A DNA stretch of 64,000 nt. Origin: a bacterium (lineage in GTDB: Bacteria > Patescibacteriota > Minisyncoccia > JAHIHE01 > JAGLIN01). The notes under the pieces were generated by a model. That model worked only from the letters and a program-made list of their open reading frames with translations, was not told the DNA's origin and did not search any database. The stretch covers positions 5,675 to 69,674 of the forward strand of contig DAOWDU010000011.1 in NCBI GenBank assembly GCA_030638825.1, in the 5' to 3' direction. Below, piece after piece: positions 43,817 through 52,550 of this stretch; within the stretch, counting starts at the first letter, position 1; the number at the start of each line of letters is the position of its first letter. The translations under genes were made by a program, and so were the position numbers.

Positions 43817-44383
43817 TTATTTCCCATCACAATCCTCAATCTTAAATCCCAATTCTTCCAAAACAAAATCCCGGAAATAAACGGCGATGATACCGAGAAT
43901 AGCAAAAAGATTTATTCCTTTTTTGAAAGCATAATCTTTAATCGGAAGAAATATTGGATCGTCTTCCATGTCTTCAACAACTTTTCGCGTTTTTTCTTGG
44001 GCGTCATAAGCATTCGTCGGTTTTGGATCAGCCAAAATTTTATCAAGAATTTTTTGTTTATTCGCATCAACAATTTCTTTTGCTTTGCTTTCAATTAAAA
44101 CATTCGTTCCCCTTTCAGTAAGAACAGTCGGAGAAGCGGACTTTGTATAGTTTATTTTTAAACTGCCTTCTATGTAGGAAACGCGATTACCAATAAAAGA
44201 AACTTTTTTATCAAGCTTTTTAAAATCTCCGTCTAAATTTTCAATGTCTTTTTCTAAATCTCCTATTTGATTTCGCAGACTTTTATAAAGAAACCAGCCG
44301 CCGAATCCCACAAAAACAGCTGGTCCTATTTTGTCAGCGGTAAGCCCATAATATTTTAAAATGTCAAAAACATATTCAATCAT
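43817..44383 (-). CDS. Hypothetical membrane protein, first gene of a three-gene operon with its paralog and an MNT
   Basis: N-terminal and C-terminal hydrophobic helices, with a coiled-coil middle. Confidence 0.45.
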   Translation of the reverse strand: MIEYVFDILKYYGLTADKIGPAVFVGFGGWFLYKSLRNQIGDLEKDIENLDGDFKKLDKKVSFIGNRVSYIEGSLKINYTKSASPTVLTERGTNVLIESKAKEIVDANKQKILDKILADPKPTNAYDAQEKTRKVVEDMEDDPIFLPIKDYAFKKGINLFAILGIIAVYFRDFVLEELGFKIEDCDGK

Positions 44384-44623
44384 AGATTTTTAAAAATTAA
44401 AATATTTTTATTTCTTCTCTTCCACCTCATACTCCACATCTTCTAAATATTCTTTCTTCTTCCCTAATTTCTTTCTACCCACAACTTTATCATAAAGATA
44501 AGAAGCAACCGCCAAAAAAGCCGCTTTTTTTATTTTTCTTTTTTTGAGATTTATTTTTTCTTTTAGTTTTTTAAACATAAAAATATATTGCTAAATTTCT
44601 TGGAGTACAAATTAGCTAAATTT

Positions 44624-44693
44624 GTCATAGTGAGCTTGTCGAACTATGATAAATTTAGCGAGTCTACCCATCCTTCGACAAGCTCAGGATGAC
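44624..44693. repeat. Pair of GTCAT-type hairpin elements in opposite orientation (gtcatagtgagcttgtcgaactatgat ... catccttcgacaagctcaggatgac)
   Basis: Same family as 5091-5116 and 6180-6204. The 27-mer cccatccttcgacaagctcaggatgac is shared with 6178-6204. Confidence 0.7.
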
Positions 44694-44717
44694 GATTTAA
44701 TTTAGCAATAGAACAAT

Positions 44718-45233
44718 TTACTTAATCAAAAACTTCCTCTTATTCTGGCTTAAATCTATAAAATCATCCACTACCCCTAACAATTTCCCTGAGGCGGTTT
44801 CGCCGAAAGCTACTGCTTCTACGCGGCAGCCTTTGTTGATTTTTAAATATTCCACCAATGGCTCATAATCGCCATCGCCGGATACGATTACAACCACATC
44901 AAGTTTATCAGCTAATTTGATTGTGTCAACCGCTAGTCCGACATCCCAGTCGGCCTTTTTCGCTCCGCCTGCGAAAATTTGCAGATCTTTTTCTTTTATT
45001 TCAAAGCCGAGTTTTTCCATCGCTTCAAAAAATGATTTTTCCTCTCCGCTTTCTGTTTTAATAACATAAGTAATCGCTCTGATTAAAGTTCTTCCCGCAA
45101 CCGCGACTGACAAAACTTCTTTGAAATTTACTCTGGCTTTATATAAATTTCTCGCGCTATGATACATATTTTGCGCGTCAACAAAGACCCCAATCCGCTG
45201 GTCTTTGTGTTTGATTGTTTTAGATGTTGGCAT
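44718..45233 (-). CDS. NYN-domain protein (LabA-like RNase fold)
   Basis: IGVFVDAQNMYHSARNL ... VVIVSGDGDYEPLVEYL, with NYN catalytic aspartates. Confidence 0.75.
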   Translation of the reverse strand: MPTSKTIKHKDQRIGVFVDAQNMYHSARNLYKARVNFKEVLSVAVAGRTLIRAITYVIKTESGEEKSFFEAMEKLGFEIKEKDLQIFAGGAKKADWDVGLAVDTIKLADKLDVVVIVSGDGDYEPLVEYLKINKGCRVEAVAFGETASGKLLGVVDDFIDLSQNKRKFLIK

Positions 45234-45339
45234 AATTTTAAATTGTTAAATAATTATTTAGAAATTAATTGAAACTCGTAGAAATTTGTTGAAATTAGTT
45301 GTTGCTCGCAAAACACAATTGAATTTCTATTAATTTCAA

Positions 45340-45395
45340 TTAGTTTCTATAAATTTCTGTATTATAATGCTATGCATAACAATTTAACAATATTT
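45340..45395 (-). promoter_or_regulatory. Candidate promoter/operator (TTGTTA-18-TATAAT) containing the atgcataacaatttaacaat box shared with the response-regulator upstream region
   Basis: On the minus strand: tattgttaaattgttatgcatagcattataat. It lies upstream of the NYN gene. Confidence 0.4.
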
Positions 45396-45674
45396 TTATT
45401 TTTTCTTTCCCGCTTTCAATTTCAGCGATTTTGTTATTTTGCTAAACCTTTCCTCACTATTATTCTGAATGTCTTTCAAAAGTTTTTTTCTTTTGGCAAC
45501 CATTTGCAAAAGTCCTCTGCGGGAATGATTGTCTTTTTTGTTTACCTTTAAATGCTCCGTTAATTCTTTAATTCTTTCCGTTAAAACAGCCACCTGAACT
45601 TCGGAAGATCCCGTGTCTTCTTTATGAGTTTTGAACTTGTCTATAATTTTTTTCTTCTTGTCTTTTTTGATCAT
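45396..45674 (-). CDS. rpsO: 30S ribosomal protein S15
   Basis: DTGSSEVQVAVLTERIKELTEHLK...HSRRGLL S15 signature. Confidence 0.9.
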   Translation of the reverse strand: MIKKDKKKKIIDKFKTHKEDTGSSEVQVAVLTERIKELTEHLKVNKKDNHSRRGLLQMVAKRKKLLKDIQNNSEERFSKITKSLKLKAGKKK

Positions 45675-45785
45675 TTTTATTATTTCATTAATTAAATCAA
45701 AAACGCTTGCTTTCTAAAATTCAAGCATTTTACTGCTATTATAATAACATAAAGATAGAGATTAGACAAATTTTAATTGCTAATT

Positions 45786-47195
45786 TTAACAGGCCGATTT
45801 GTCGCCTTTGATAATCGTCAAAAATGTTTTGAATAAAATAATTAAATCTAACAGTAACGACCAGTTTTCAATATAATAAATATCAAGCTTTGCTTCTTTC
45901 TCAAAATCAAGATTAGAACTGCCGCTTACTTGCGCCATGCCAGTCATCCCAGATTTTATCGTAAGAAGTTTTTTGTGATGTTTTTTGTATTGCGCGACTT
46001 CTTCTGGTTCATGAGGGCGCGGTCCGACCAAGCTAATATCTCCCTTTAAAACATTAATCAATTGCGGGAATTCATCAAGACGGGTTTTTCTGATAAATTT
46101 TCCGACTTTGGTTATGCGCGGATCATCTTTCATTTTGAAAAGCGGGCCTTCTTCTCTTTCGTTATATTTTGCAAATTCAGGATTGAGATTTCCTTCTTTG
46201 TCATATTTCATCTCGTGAGCATTTTCTATCATAGAACGAAATTTATAAAGTCTAAACTTTTTTCCTCTGGAGATTCTTTCAAGTCTTGCAAAAACTGGTC
46301 CAGCGCTGTCTGATTTTATAATAAGAGCCATGACAGCAAAAAATGGTGATAAAATAATAAGACCAATAAAAGACGCAACGATGTCAAAAATTCTTTTAAT
46401 AACTGTTCCCCAGCCGTCAAGGGGGGTTCTTTTAACTTCAATAAAGGTAATATCTGAAATAGTCTGCATTTCAAAAAGAGCTGCTTGCGCCTGAAACATA
46501 TCGGGGACGAATTTAAAATCAATATTTTTTTCCTGGCAAAAATCAAGCAAATCGTGAATTCTTTCCCTTTCTACTTTTGTGGAGCAGAGAATTATTTCGT
46601 CAATTCCAGGATCTTTAAAAATTTTTTCCAAGTCTTCTATTCTAAAATCTCTTAATTTGCGAACCACTTTGTAGCCAAGAATTTTATTTTTCTTAATTTC
46701 CCGATGAACTGTTTTGACAATTCCGTTGTCGCCTAATAAAACTAACCTATGAAAACCAAGCTTGTATTTATGAGCCAGCCAACTTTGAATAATTCTGATC
46801 ATCACGCGGCCAGAAACGACGGTCGTAATCGCGAAAAACCAGGCTGCAAAAAATATAAAACGGGAAGAAAACATTTCCCGCTGCATAAAAGCGATAAAAA
46901 TTATAACCATAAAACTGGCTGAGACTCCGATCATAATTTGGAATATTTCTTTCCACAACTTGCGGACATTGCTTAAGCTGTATAAGCCAATTAGAGCGAA
47001 CGAAATAATAAAAACAGGAGACACGGCAAATGTTATCTCCATAAAACGGCTAAGTGGCAAATCAAAAACAATCGGTCTTAACTGTGATAGCTCTCCGCTA
47101 AATCTTAAAGAATATGCCAGTATTCCCGCCAGCATTATCATTAAAAAATCTATTGGAACCAAGAGGACATTAAAAATAAGTTCTGATCGTTTCAT
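45786..47195 (-). CDS. Polyprenyl-phosphate sugar phosphotransferase (bacterial sugar transferase, WbaP/PglC-like, with an N-terminal membrane and CoA-binding region)
   Basis: The C-terminal catalytic block RLYKFRSM ... LDEFPQLINVLKGDISLVGPRP. Confidence 0.85.
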   Translation of the reverse strand: MKRSELIFNVLLVPIDFLMIMLAGILAYSLRFSGELSQLRPIVFDLPLSRFMEITFAVSPVFIISFALIGLYSLSNVRKLWKEIFQIMIGVSASFMVIIFIAFMQREMFSSRFIFFAAWFFAITTVVSGRVMIRIIQSWLAHKYKLGFHRLVLLGDNGIVKTVHREIKKNKILGYKVVRKLRDFRIEDLEKIFKDPGIDEIILCSTKVERERIHDLLDFCQEKNIDFKFVPDMFQAQAALFEMQTISDITFIEVKRTPLDGWGTVIKRIFDIVASFIGLIILSPFFAVMALIIKSDSAGPVFARLERISRGKKFRLYKFRSMIENAHEMKYDKEGNLNPEFAKYNEREEGPLFKMKDDPRITKVGKFIRKTRLDEFPQLINVLKGDISLVGPRPHEPEEVAQYKKHHKKLLTIKSGMTGMAQVSGSSNLDFEKEAKLDIYYIENWSLLLDLIILFKTFLTIIKGDKSAC

Positions 47196-47339
47196 AATTC
47201 ATTTCTTACGCCGCTTAAAACAAATAAATAATAAGCCGAATTTTGTTTTCTGATATAAAATCAAAATGATAATCATCTATCTAGCCATACTATTGCTAGT
47301 ATGATCAAGCGAGCTACTTTTTTCCCAACTAACTTACAA

Positions 47340-47693
47340 CTTACAACTTACAATTTTAATATTGTTATTTGTTATGAGTTATAGGTTATAAGTTAGTCAG
47401 GATTTGCTCTTGCACCAGGCAGGGTTTACCATCATTTGCTGTCACCAGCAAGGAAAGAGCGTAGATTTAAATTTATAAAAATTCAAATCATCGCCCAACT
47501 TTTCACCTTTTATCATGTATAACATGATTAGTATAGTCTCTGTGGCACTTTCCCTATCCTAAAAAAATTAGAACGGTTGCCGTTAGCAACTGCCTGCTTC
47601 CAGGTTATTTTAAAGTAATCTGGGGTGTTCGGACTTTCCTCTCCTATTCTTTAAAAGAACAAAAGCGATTATCTAATTTACCATTTTAAGCTC
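47340..47693 (-). ncRNA. rnpB: RNase P RNA (bacterial type), ends approximate
   Basis: The non-coding region is GC-richer than its surroundings. The minus strand carries GAGGAAAGUCCGAAC (P4 5' strand), GGGAAAGUGCCACAGAGA, AAGGUGAAAAG, GGUAAACCCUGCCUGG and GCAAGAGCAAAU in canonical order. An extended -10 TGTATAAT lies at 47700-47707 (minus strand). Confidence 0.6.
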
Positions 47694-47751
47694 TTTCATT
47701 ATACAAAAAACAATCACTTTGTCAATCTAAATTTTGTGCTATAATACTCTT

Positions 47752-49809
47752 ATGGAAAATATTTTAGAAAGTTTAAATAAGAGACAGCAAAAGGCCGTTA
47801 CCGCGACGGACGGGCCGGTTTTGATAATTGCGGGACCGGGATCCGGGAAGACGAAAGTTTTAACGCATCGCATCGCTTATATTATAAAAAATAAGGCGGT
47901 CAGTCCGACTAATATTCTTGCGGTAACTTTTACGAATAAAGCTGCCCAGGAAATGAAAAGCAGGGTAGGCGTGTTGCTTGAGAAGATGGTTTATGCAAAT
48001 AATTCTAACTTTTATAAAAAATCATTTGACGATGACGCCCCTCACCCCAACCCTCTCCCGCGGGGAGAGGGAGTTTCCAGTTTCCAGTTTCCTGTCATTG
48101 GCACTTTTCATAGCATTTGTGTGAGAATTTTGCGGCAGGAGGCGGAGTTGATCGGCTATAAAAAAGGATTTACTATTTATGATGACAGTGACCAGCAAGC
48201 AATAATTAAAAAGATTATGAATAATTTACAGATAAGTCCAGAGCAGTTTAATCCGCGGGCGGTCTTGTCTCATATTTCTAACGCTAAAAATGAATTGAAA
48301 AGTCCGAAAGATTTTAGTGATATCGCCGACGGTTATTTTCAGGAACAGGTTAGTATTGTTTATAATGCGTATCAGAAAAAATTAAAAGATAATAATTCTT
48401 TGGATTTTGACGATTTAATTATGCAGACAATTTTATTGTTTTTAGACAAGCCGGAGATTTTGCGAAAATACCAAGATAAATTCCGTTATGTGATGGTTGA
48501 TGAATATCAAGACACGAATTACGCGCAATACAAACTGGTTGATTTATTAAGCAAAACTCATCGGAATTTATGCGTTGTTGGCGATGACTGGCAGAGTATT
48601 TACAAATGGCGCGGCGCGGACATTAGAAATATTTTGGATTTTGAGAAAAATTATTCTGAAGCGGAAGTTATTTTGCTAGAACAAAATTATCGATCAACGC
48701 AAACAATTTTAGACGCCTCATATCAAATAATTTCCCGCAATGTCAATCGCAAGGAGAAAAAGCTTTGGAGTGAAAAAGAGGCGGGCGAGCCGATCGTTAT
48801 TTACGAAGCGGCTGACGAAAAAGGAGAAGCAGAATTTGTTATTTCGGAAATTGCCAGATTAACAAATAATAAAATAAATTTAAAAGACATTGCGATTTTA
48901 TATCGCACAAACGCTCAATCAAGATCAATAGAGGAAGCATTTTTGCAATATGGCGTTCCCTATAAAATCGTCGGCGGTATAAAATTTTATCTGCGAAAAG
49001 AGGTAAAAGACATTATCGCCTATCTGCGGCTTATTCAAAATCCAAATGACACAGCGAGTCTGGAAAGAATTATCAATATTCCTAAAAGAGATATTGGACA
49101 GGTGACTTTCAGAAAGATAATGGCAGAAATGGAAAAGAGTGGAAACGATGTTATTGAAGCATTGTTTAATTGTAATTGTGAAAATATTCCAGAAGGCAAG
49201 ATTAAGAAAATAAAAAGCTTTGCGGAAATTATTCTAAAGTGCCAAGATAAAATTGACAAAATTAAAATTTCTGAATTGCTTACTTATCTTTTGAAAAGCA
49301 TTAATTATGAAAAGCATATCAAAGATGGAACTGATGATGGAGAAAAAAAATGGGAAAATGTGAAAGAGCTTTTTAGCGCTGTGGAAAAATACGATAATCT
49401 GCCGGCGAAAGAAAATTTGAAAATATTTTTAGAAGAAATCGCGCTGGCGACGGATTTAGATAAGATAGACGATTCGCAGGATGCCGTAACTTTAATGACG
49501 CTCCATTCTGCTAAGGGCCTTGAGTTCAGCGCTGTTTTTATAATTGGGATGGAAGAAGGATTGCTTCCTCATTCCAGAAGCATTCAGGATCCTTCTGAGA
49601 TGGAAGAGGAAAGAAGATTGTGTTATGTCGGAATTACAAGAGCGAAAAAGAAAGCGTATCTTATCTTCGCGAGAACCAGAAAAATTTACGGCTCAACGCA
49701 AGCAAATATGCCCTCCCGTTTCATTTCCGACATCCCAGAAGAGTTAGCGGAATTTAAGAGGCAGGAGTATAGTTATTTGGGAGAGGATGAAGTTGTTGAA
49801 GTTGATTAA
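47752..49809 (+). CDS. pcrA: ATP-dependent DNA helicase PcrA/UvrD. The start is reassigned to the ATG at 47752.
   Basis: LNKRQQKAV...GPVLIIAGPGSGKTKVLTHRIAYII (motif I), motifs II-VI, and the 2B domain. The ORF-track start at 47734 overlaps the TGCTATAAT -10 box. Confidence 0.9.
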   Translation: MENILESLNKRQQKAVTATDGPVLIIAGPGSGKTKVLTHRIAYIIKNKAVSPTNILAVTFTNKAAQEMKSRVGVLLEKMVYANNSNFYKKSFDDDAPHPNPLPRGEGVSSFQFPVIGTFHSICVRILRQEAELIGYKKGFTIYDDSDQQAIIKKIMNNLQISPEQFNPRAVLSHISNAKNELKSPKDFSDIADGYFQEQVSIVYNAYQKKLKDNNSLDFDDLIMQTILLFLDKPEILRKYQDKFRYVMVDEYQDTNYAQYKLVDLLSKTHRNLCVVGDDWQSIYKWRGADIRNILDFEKNYSEAEVILLEQNYRSTQTILDASYQIISRNVNRKEKKLWSEKEAGEPIVIYEAADEKGEAEFVISEIARLTNNKINLKDIAILYRTNAQSRSIEEAFLQYGVPYKIVGGIKFYLRKEVKDIIAYLRLIQNPNDTASLERIINIPKRDIGQVTFRKIMAEMEKSGNDVIEALFNCNCENIPEGKIKKIKSFAEIILKCQDKIDKIKISELLTYLLKSINYEKHIKDGTDDGEKKWENVKELFSAVEKYDNLPAKENLKIFLEEIALATDLDKIDDSQDAVTLMTLHSAKGLEFSAVFIIGMEEGLLPHSRSIQDPSEMEEERRLCYVGITRAKKKAYLIFARTRKIYGSTQANMPSRFISDIPEELAEFKRQEYSYLGEDEVVEVD
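48037..48092. repeat. In-frame palindromic element (gcccctcaccccaaCCCTCTCCCGCGGGGAGAGGGag) plus a 3x heptamer repeat (agtttcc), inside pcrA
   Basis: Perfect 21-bp palindrome at 48051-48071. The region encodes PHPNPLPRGEGVSSFQFPV, inserted between helicase motifs. Confidence 0.75.
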
Positions 49810-49827
49810 ACTGTCATTAATACCATT

Positions 49828-50688
49828 ATGTTTTCTAAAACCGAAATTAAAAAATTACTTGAAGAAAAAGATTTGAAAGTTCTGAAAAGGTTAGGACAGA
49901 ATTTTTTGATTGATGAAAAAGTTTTAAATGAAATAATTAGAGCGTCGGAACTTAATAAAGATGATTTTATTTTGGAAATTGGTCCAGGTTTGGGAACGCT
50001 TACCGATGAACTTGTTAAAAAATGTGGAACAGTTGTGGCGATAGAGAAAGATAAAAAAATGGCAGAGTTGATTTTTAAAGAAGCTGAGCTTCCTATAGGA
50101 AGCTCAGCTTCTCGCGCTTTTTTAAAAATCATCAACGATGATATTTTAAAAATAAATTTAAACAAGCTTATTGAAGAATATTCTAAAAACAAAAAATATA
50201 AATTGATTTCTAATATTCCATATTACATCACTTCGCCTGTGATAAAATTATTTTTAGAAAATAGCATCCAGCCGGAGCTGATTGTTTTGCTTGTTCAAAA
50301 AGAAGTAGCGGAAAGGATCTGCGCGAAGCCGGGAAAATTAAGTATTTTAGCTTTGAGCGTCCAAATATACGGCGAGCCGGAGATTGTTAGCTATGTTGAT
50401 AAAGCCGCGTTTTATCCCGAGCCAAAAGTTGATTCGGCGATTTTAAAAATCAAAAACATTAAAAAAGAATTCTCTGAAGAGTATTACAAAAAACTTTTCA
50501 AAATTATAAAAATCGGGTTTTCGTCTAAAAGAAAAAAGCTGGCAAATAATTTATCAGCTGGATTGTATCTTACCAAAAAAGAAAGTGAAGATATTTTGCA
50601 ACAATCAAACATAAATCTAAACACTCGCGCGCAGGAATTGAGTTTGGAGGAGTGGGATAAATTAGTAAAATTGACGCTGTTGAAATAA
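49828..50688 (+). CDS. rsmA: 16S rRNA (adenine1518/1519-N6)-dimethyltransferase
   Basis: LGQNFLIDEKVLNEII and LEIGPGLGTLT SAM-binding motifs. Confidence 0.9.
   Translation: MFSKTEIKKLLEEKDLKVLKRLGQNFLIDEKVLNEIIRASELNKDDFILEIGPGLGTLTDELVKKCGTVVAIEKDKKMAELIFKEAELPIGSSASRAFLKIINDDILKINLNKLIEEYSKNKKYKLISNIPYYITSPVIKLFLENSIQPELIVLLVQKEVAERICAKPGKLSILALSVQIYGEPEIVSYVDKAAFYPEPKVDSAILKIKNIKKEFSEEYYKKLFKIIKIGFSSKRKKLANNLSAGLYLTKKESEDILQQSNINLNTRAQELSLEEWDKLVKLTLLK
50079..50112. repeat. Family-B palindrome (aGAAGCTGAGCTTCCTATAGGAAGCTCAGCTTCt), in frame in rsmA
   Basis: Perfect 34-bp palindrome. It encodes EAELPIGSSAS. It differs from the valS copy by compensated changes (G to A paired with C to T, AATT versus TATA centre). 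Confidence 0.8.
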
Positions 50689-50730
50689 TTTGGTAAAATA
50701 AAAATAGTTAAAAAAGATAATAAAAATATT

Positions 50731-51018
50731 ATGGTCTTGAAAAAGAATTTGAAAAAGAAAAAGCAAGCTAAAATCAAAGAAACAACTATTGATGATTTGG
50801 CGATAATGATTGGAAAGGGATTTAAACATGTAGAAGGACGGATAAATTCTCTTGAACGAGAACAGGAAAAAACAAAAGAAGAAATAAAAGAATTTAGAAG
50901 AGAAAATTATTTAGAGCATGAAGAAATGAAAATACGCTTTGATAATGTCGCTCATCGTTTTGAATTGGTAGAATTGCAAAAAAGAGTTGGGGTTTTAGAA
51001 GGACGAGCGATGGTTTAG
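50731..51018 (+). CDS. Small coiled-coil protein, paralog of the gene at 33802-34158
   Basis: Shared N-terminal block TIDDLAIMIGKGF. Confidence 0.45.
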   Translation: MVLKKNLKKKKQAKIKETTIDDLAIMIGKGFKHVEGRINSLEREQEKTKEEIKEFRRENYLEHEEMKIRFDNVAHRFELVELQKRVGVLEGRAMV

Positions 51019-51037
51019 GGTTTTTTGAAGGAAAATT

Positions 51038-51084
51038 TGAAACAGGATTTGTCCCTTGACAAACCCTGTTTTTTGTTATACGAT
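51038..51084 (+). promoter_or_regulatory. Near-consensus sigma70 promoter (TTGACA-17-TACGAT) with a palindromic operator-like inverted repeat centred on the -35
   Basis: gaaacaggatttgtccc TTGACA aaccctgtttt. Inverted-repeat arms: aaacagg/cctgttt and tttgtc/gacaaa. Confidence 0.45.
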
Positions 51085-51203
51085 GACTTGTTCTGATGAT
51101 GGAGGATTATGTCTGAAAAAGACTTATATCTTTAGCTCATCAGGTCCCGCTGGATTTATTTGGCGGGAAGTGGAATGAAGATTGACAATTTAAAAGGAGT
51201 TGA

Positions 51204-52547
51204 ATGATTATGAATGATAGGAAAAGCGGTCGTGATTGGTCGGGGGTGGGTTTTACTCCACATAAAGAGATAAAGAAAAGAAACAAAAATACGGTAGCAA
51301 ATAAAGGAAGCGGGAAATCGTCTTCTCTTGTAAAATTTTTGCTTTCGCTTGTTGTGGCGGTTGTTTTGATTGCAATTGTTGTCGGCGTTTTTAGGCTGAT
51401 AGATTTTGCGGCAATAGGAGTGGCAATGCTTATAATATTTATAATGATTGTCCTTTTACTTGCGGTAATTGTTGCTGGAATATTTTCAGTGTATACCTTT
51501 TTTGCCCCAAGAGATTGGTTTTGGGGAGGAAAACCTGAAGAAGGAACGGCGTGTACAATCGTGGCTGGAACAAAAAACAAAAAAGGAAGTTTTGTTAAAG
51601 CCGAAATAAGTTATGTAGGACACAAACTTGCCGAAAATTGGGATGTTGTTCCTGATGAAGATTTTCAAGCAGGAAAGAAAAGTTTTCTTGAACGAATTGG
51701 TTTAGGGGGAATTTTTTGGATTGGATTTCCCAGTATTCGCAGAAGATATAAGGATTTTTTTAGCTGGACAACAGTACTTAATAATGGGGAATTTGAAGAC
51801 CATAATGGGGAATTTGATCATGTGCCTCTAACAGAAGATACTTATGTGATTTTAATTCCCAAGGCTGAGACAACAGAATCCATGGTTCCTATGGACATTA
51901 CGATGCTAATGACAGCACAAATTATAAATCCCATGAAAGCAAGACATAAAGTTGAGCATTGGTTACAAAATATTGCTGCCTTGATTAAAGCTCCAGCCGT
52001 AAAACTTATTGCTCAAATGGATAATCCAAGGGATTTAATTGGAAACGAAGAATTAACAAAAGTATTTTATAATAAGCTTGAAAAATCTGGAGATATAAAA
52101 TACTTTAGAGATGTCTATGGCGTTAAGGTGTCAAGAGTTGAAGTTATTGCAATAGACCTTGATAAGGAAGCGGAAGAGGCTGCAAAGAAAAAATGGAAGA
52201 ATGAACAAGTAGCAGCAGCATTTATTGTTGAGGAGGAAGGAAAAGGAAAAGGATATAGTAAGAGAATAGGGATACAGACAGAGGCTGATGTGAAGCGGAT
52301 TGAAGATATAAATAGTAAAGTCCAAGAATTCGGAGATTTAGGATTAACTATAGAATATCTTAAAGCTGCAGAAAAGTCAGGCAAAATAGTTCTTCCTCCG
52401 CCAACAATGATTGGAGATGCTATAAAGCAAGCTCTTGGAGGAGATGAGTCATCCAATAAGCTCGCCAAGTTGCTTGAAGAAGCAAATATAACTAAGGAGG
52501 ACATAAGAGATTTTATCAAAGCTAAAGCGAAAGGCAAGGAGGAATAG
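51204..52547 (+). CDS. SPFH/band-7 (flotillin/stomatin-like) membrane protein
   Basis: Two N-terminal TM helices. SPFH-like core (YGVKVSRVEVIAIDL), followed by an Ala/Glu/Lys-rich coiled coil (EAEEAAKKKWKNEQVAAAFIVEEEGKG). Confidence 0.55.
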   Translation: MIMNDRKSGRDWSGVGFTPHKEIKKRNKNTVANKGSGKSSSLVKFLLSLVVAVVLIAIVVGVFRLIDFAAIGVAMLIIFIMIVLLLAVIVAGIFSVYTFFAPRDWFWGGKPEEGTACTIVAGTKNKKGSFVKAEISYVGHKLAENWDVVPDEDFQAGKKSFLERIGLGGIFWIGFPSIRRRYKDFFSWTTVLNNGEFEDHNGEFDHVPLTEDTYVILIPKAETTESMVPMDITMLMTAQIINPMKARHKVEHWLQNIAALIKAPAVKLIAQMDNPRDLIGNEELTKVFYNKLEKSGDIKYFRDVYGVKVSRVEVIAIDLDKEAEEAAKKKWKNEQVAAAFIVEEEGKGKGYSKRIGIQTEADVKRIEDINSKVQEFGDLGLTIEYLKAAEKSGKIVLPPPTMIGDAIKQALGGDESSNKLAKLLEEANITKEDIRDFIKAKAKGKEE

Positions 52548-52550
52548 GAA

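Noticed and set aside
47734-47751. ORF-track start of pcrA at 47734
   Set aside because: It overlaps the TGCTATAAT -10 box. The conserved UvrD N-terminus begins at the ATG at 47752.
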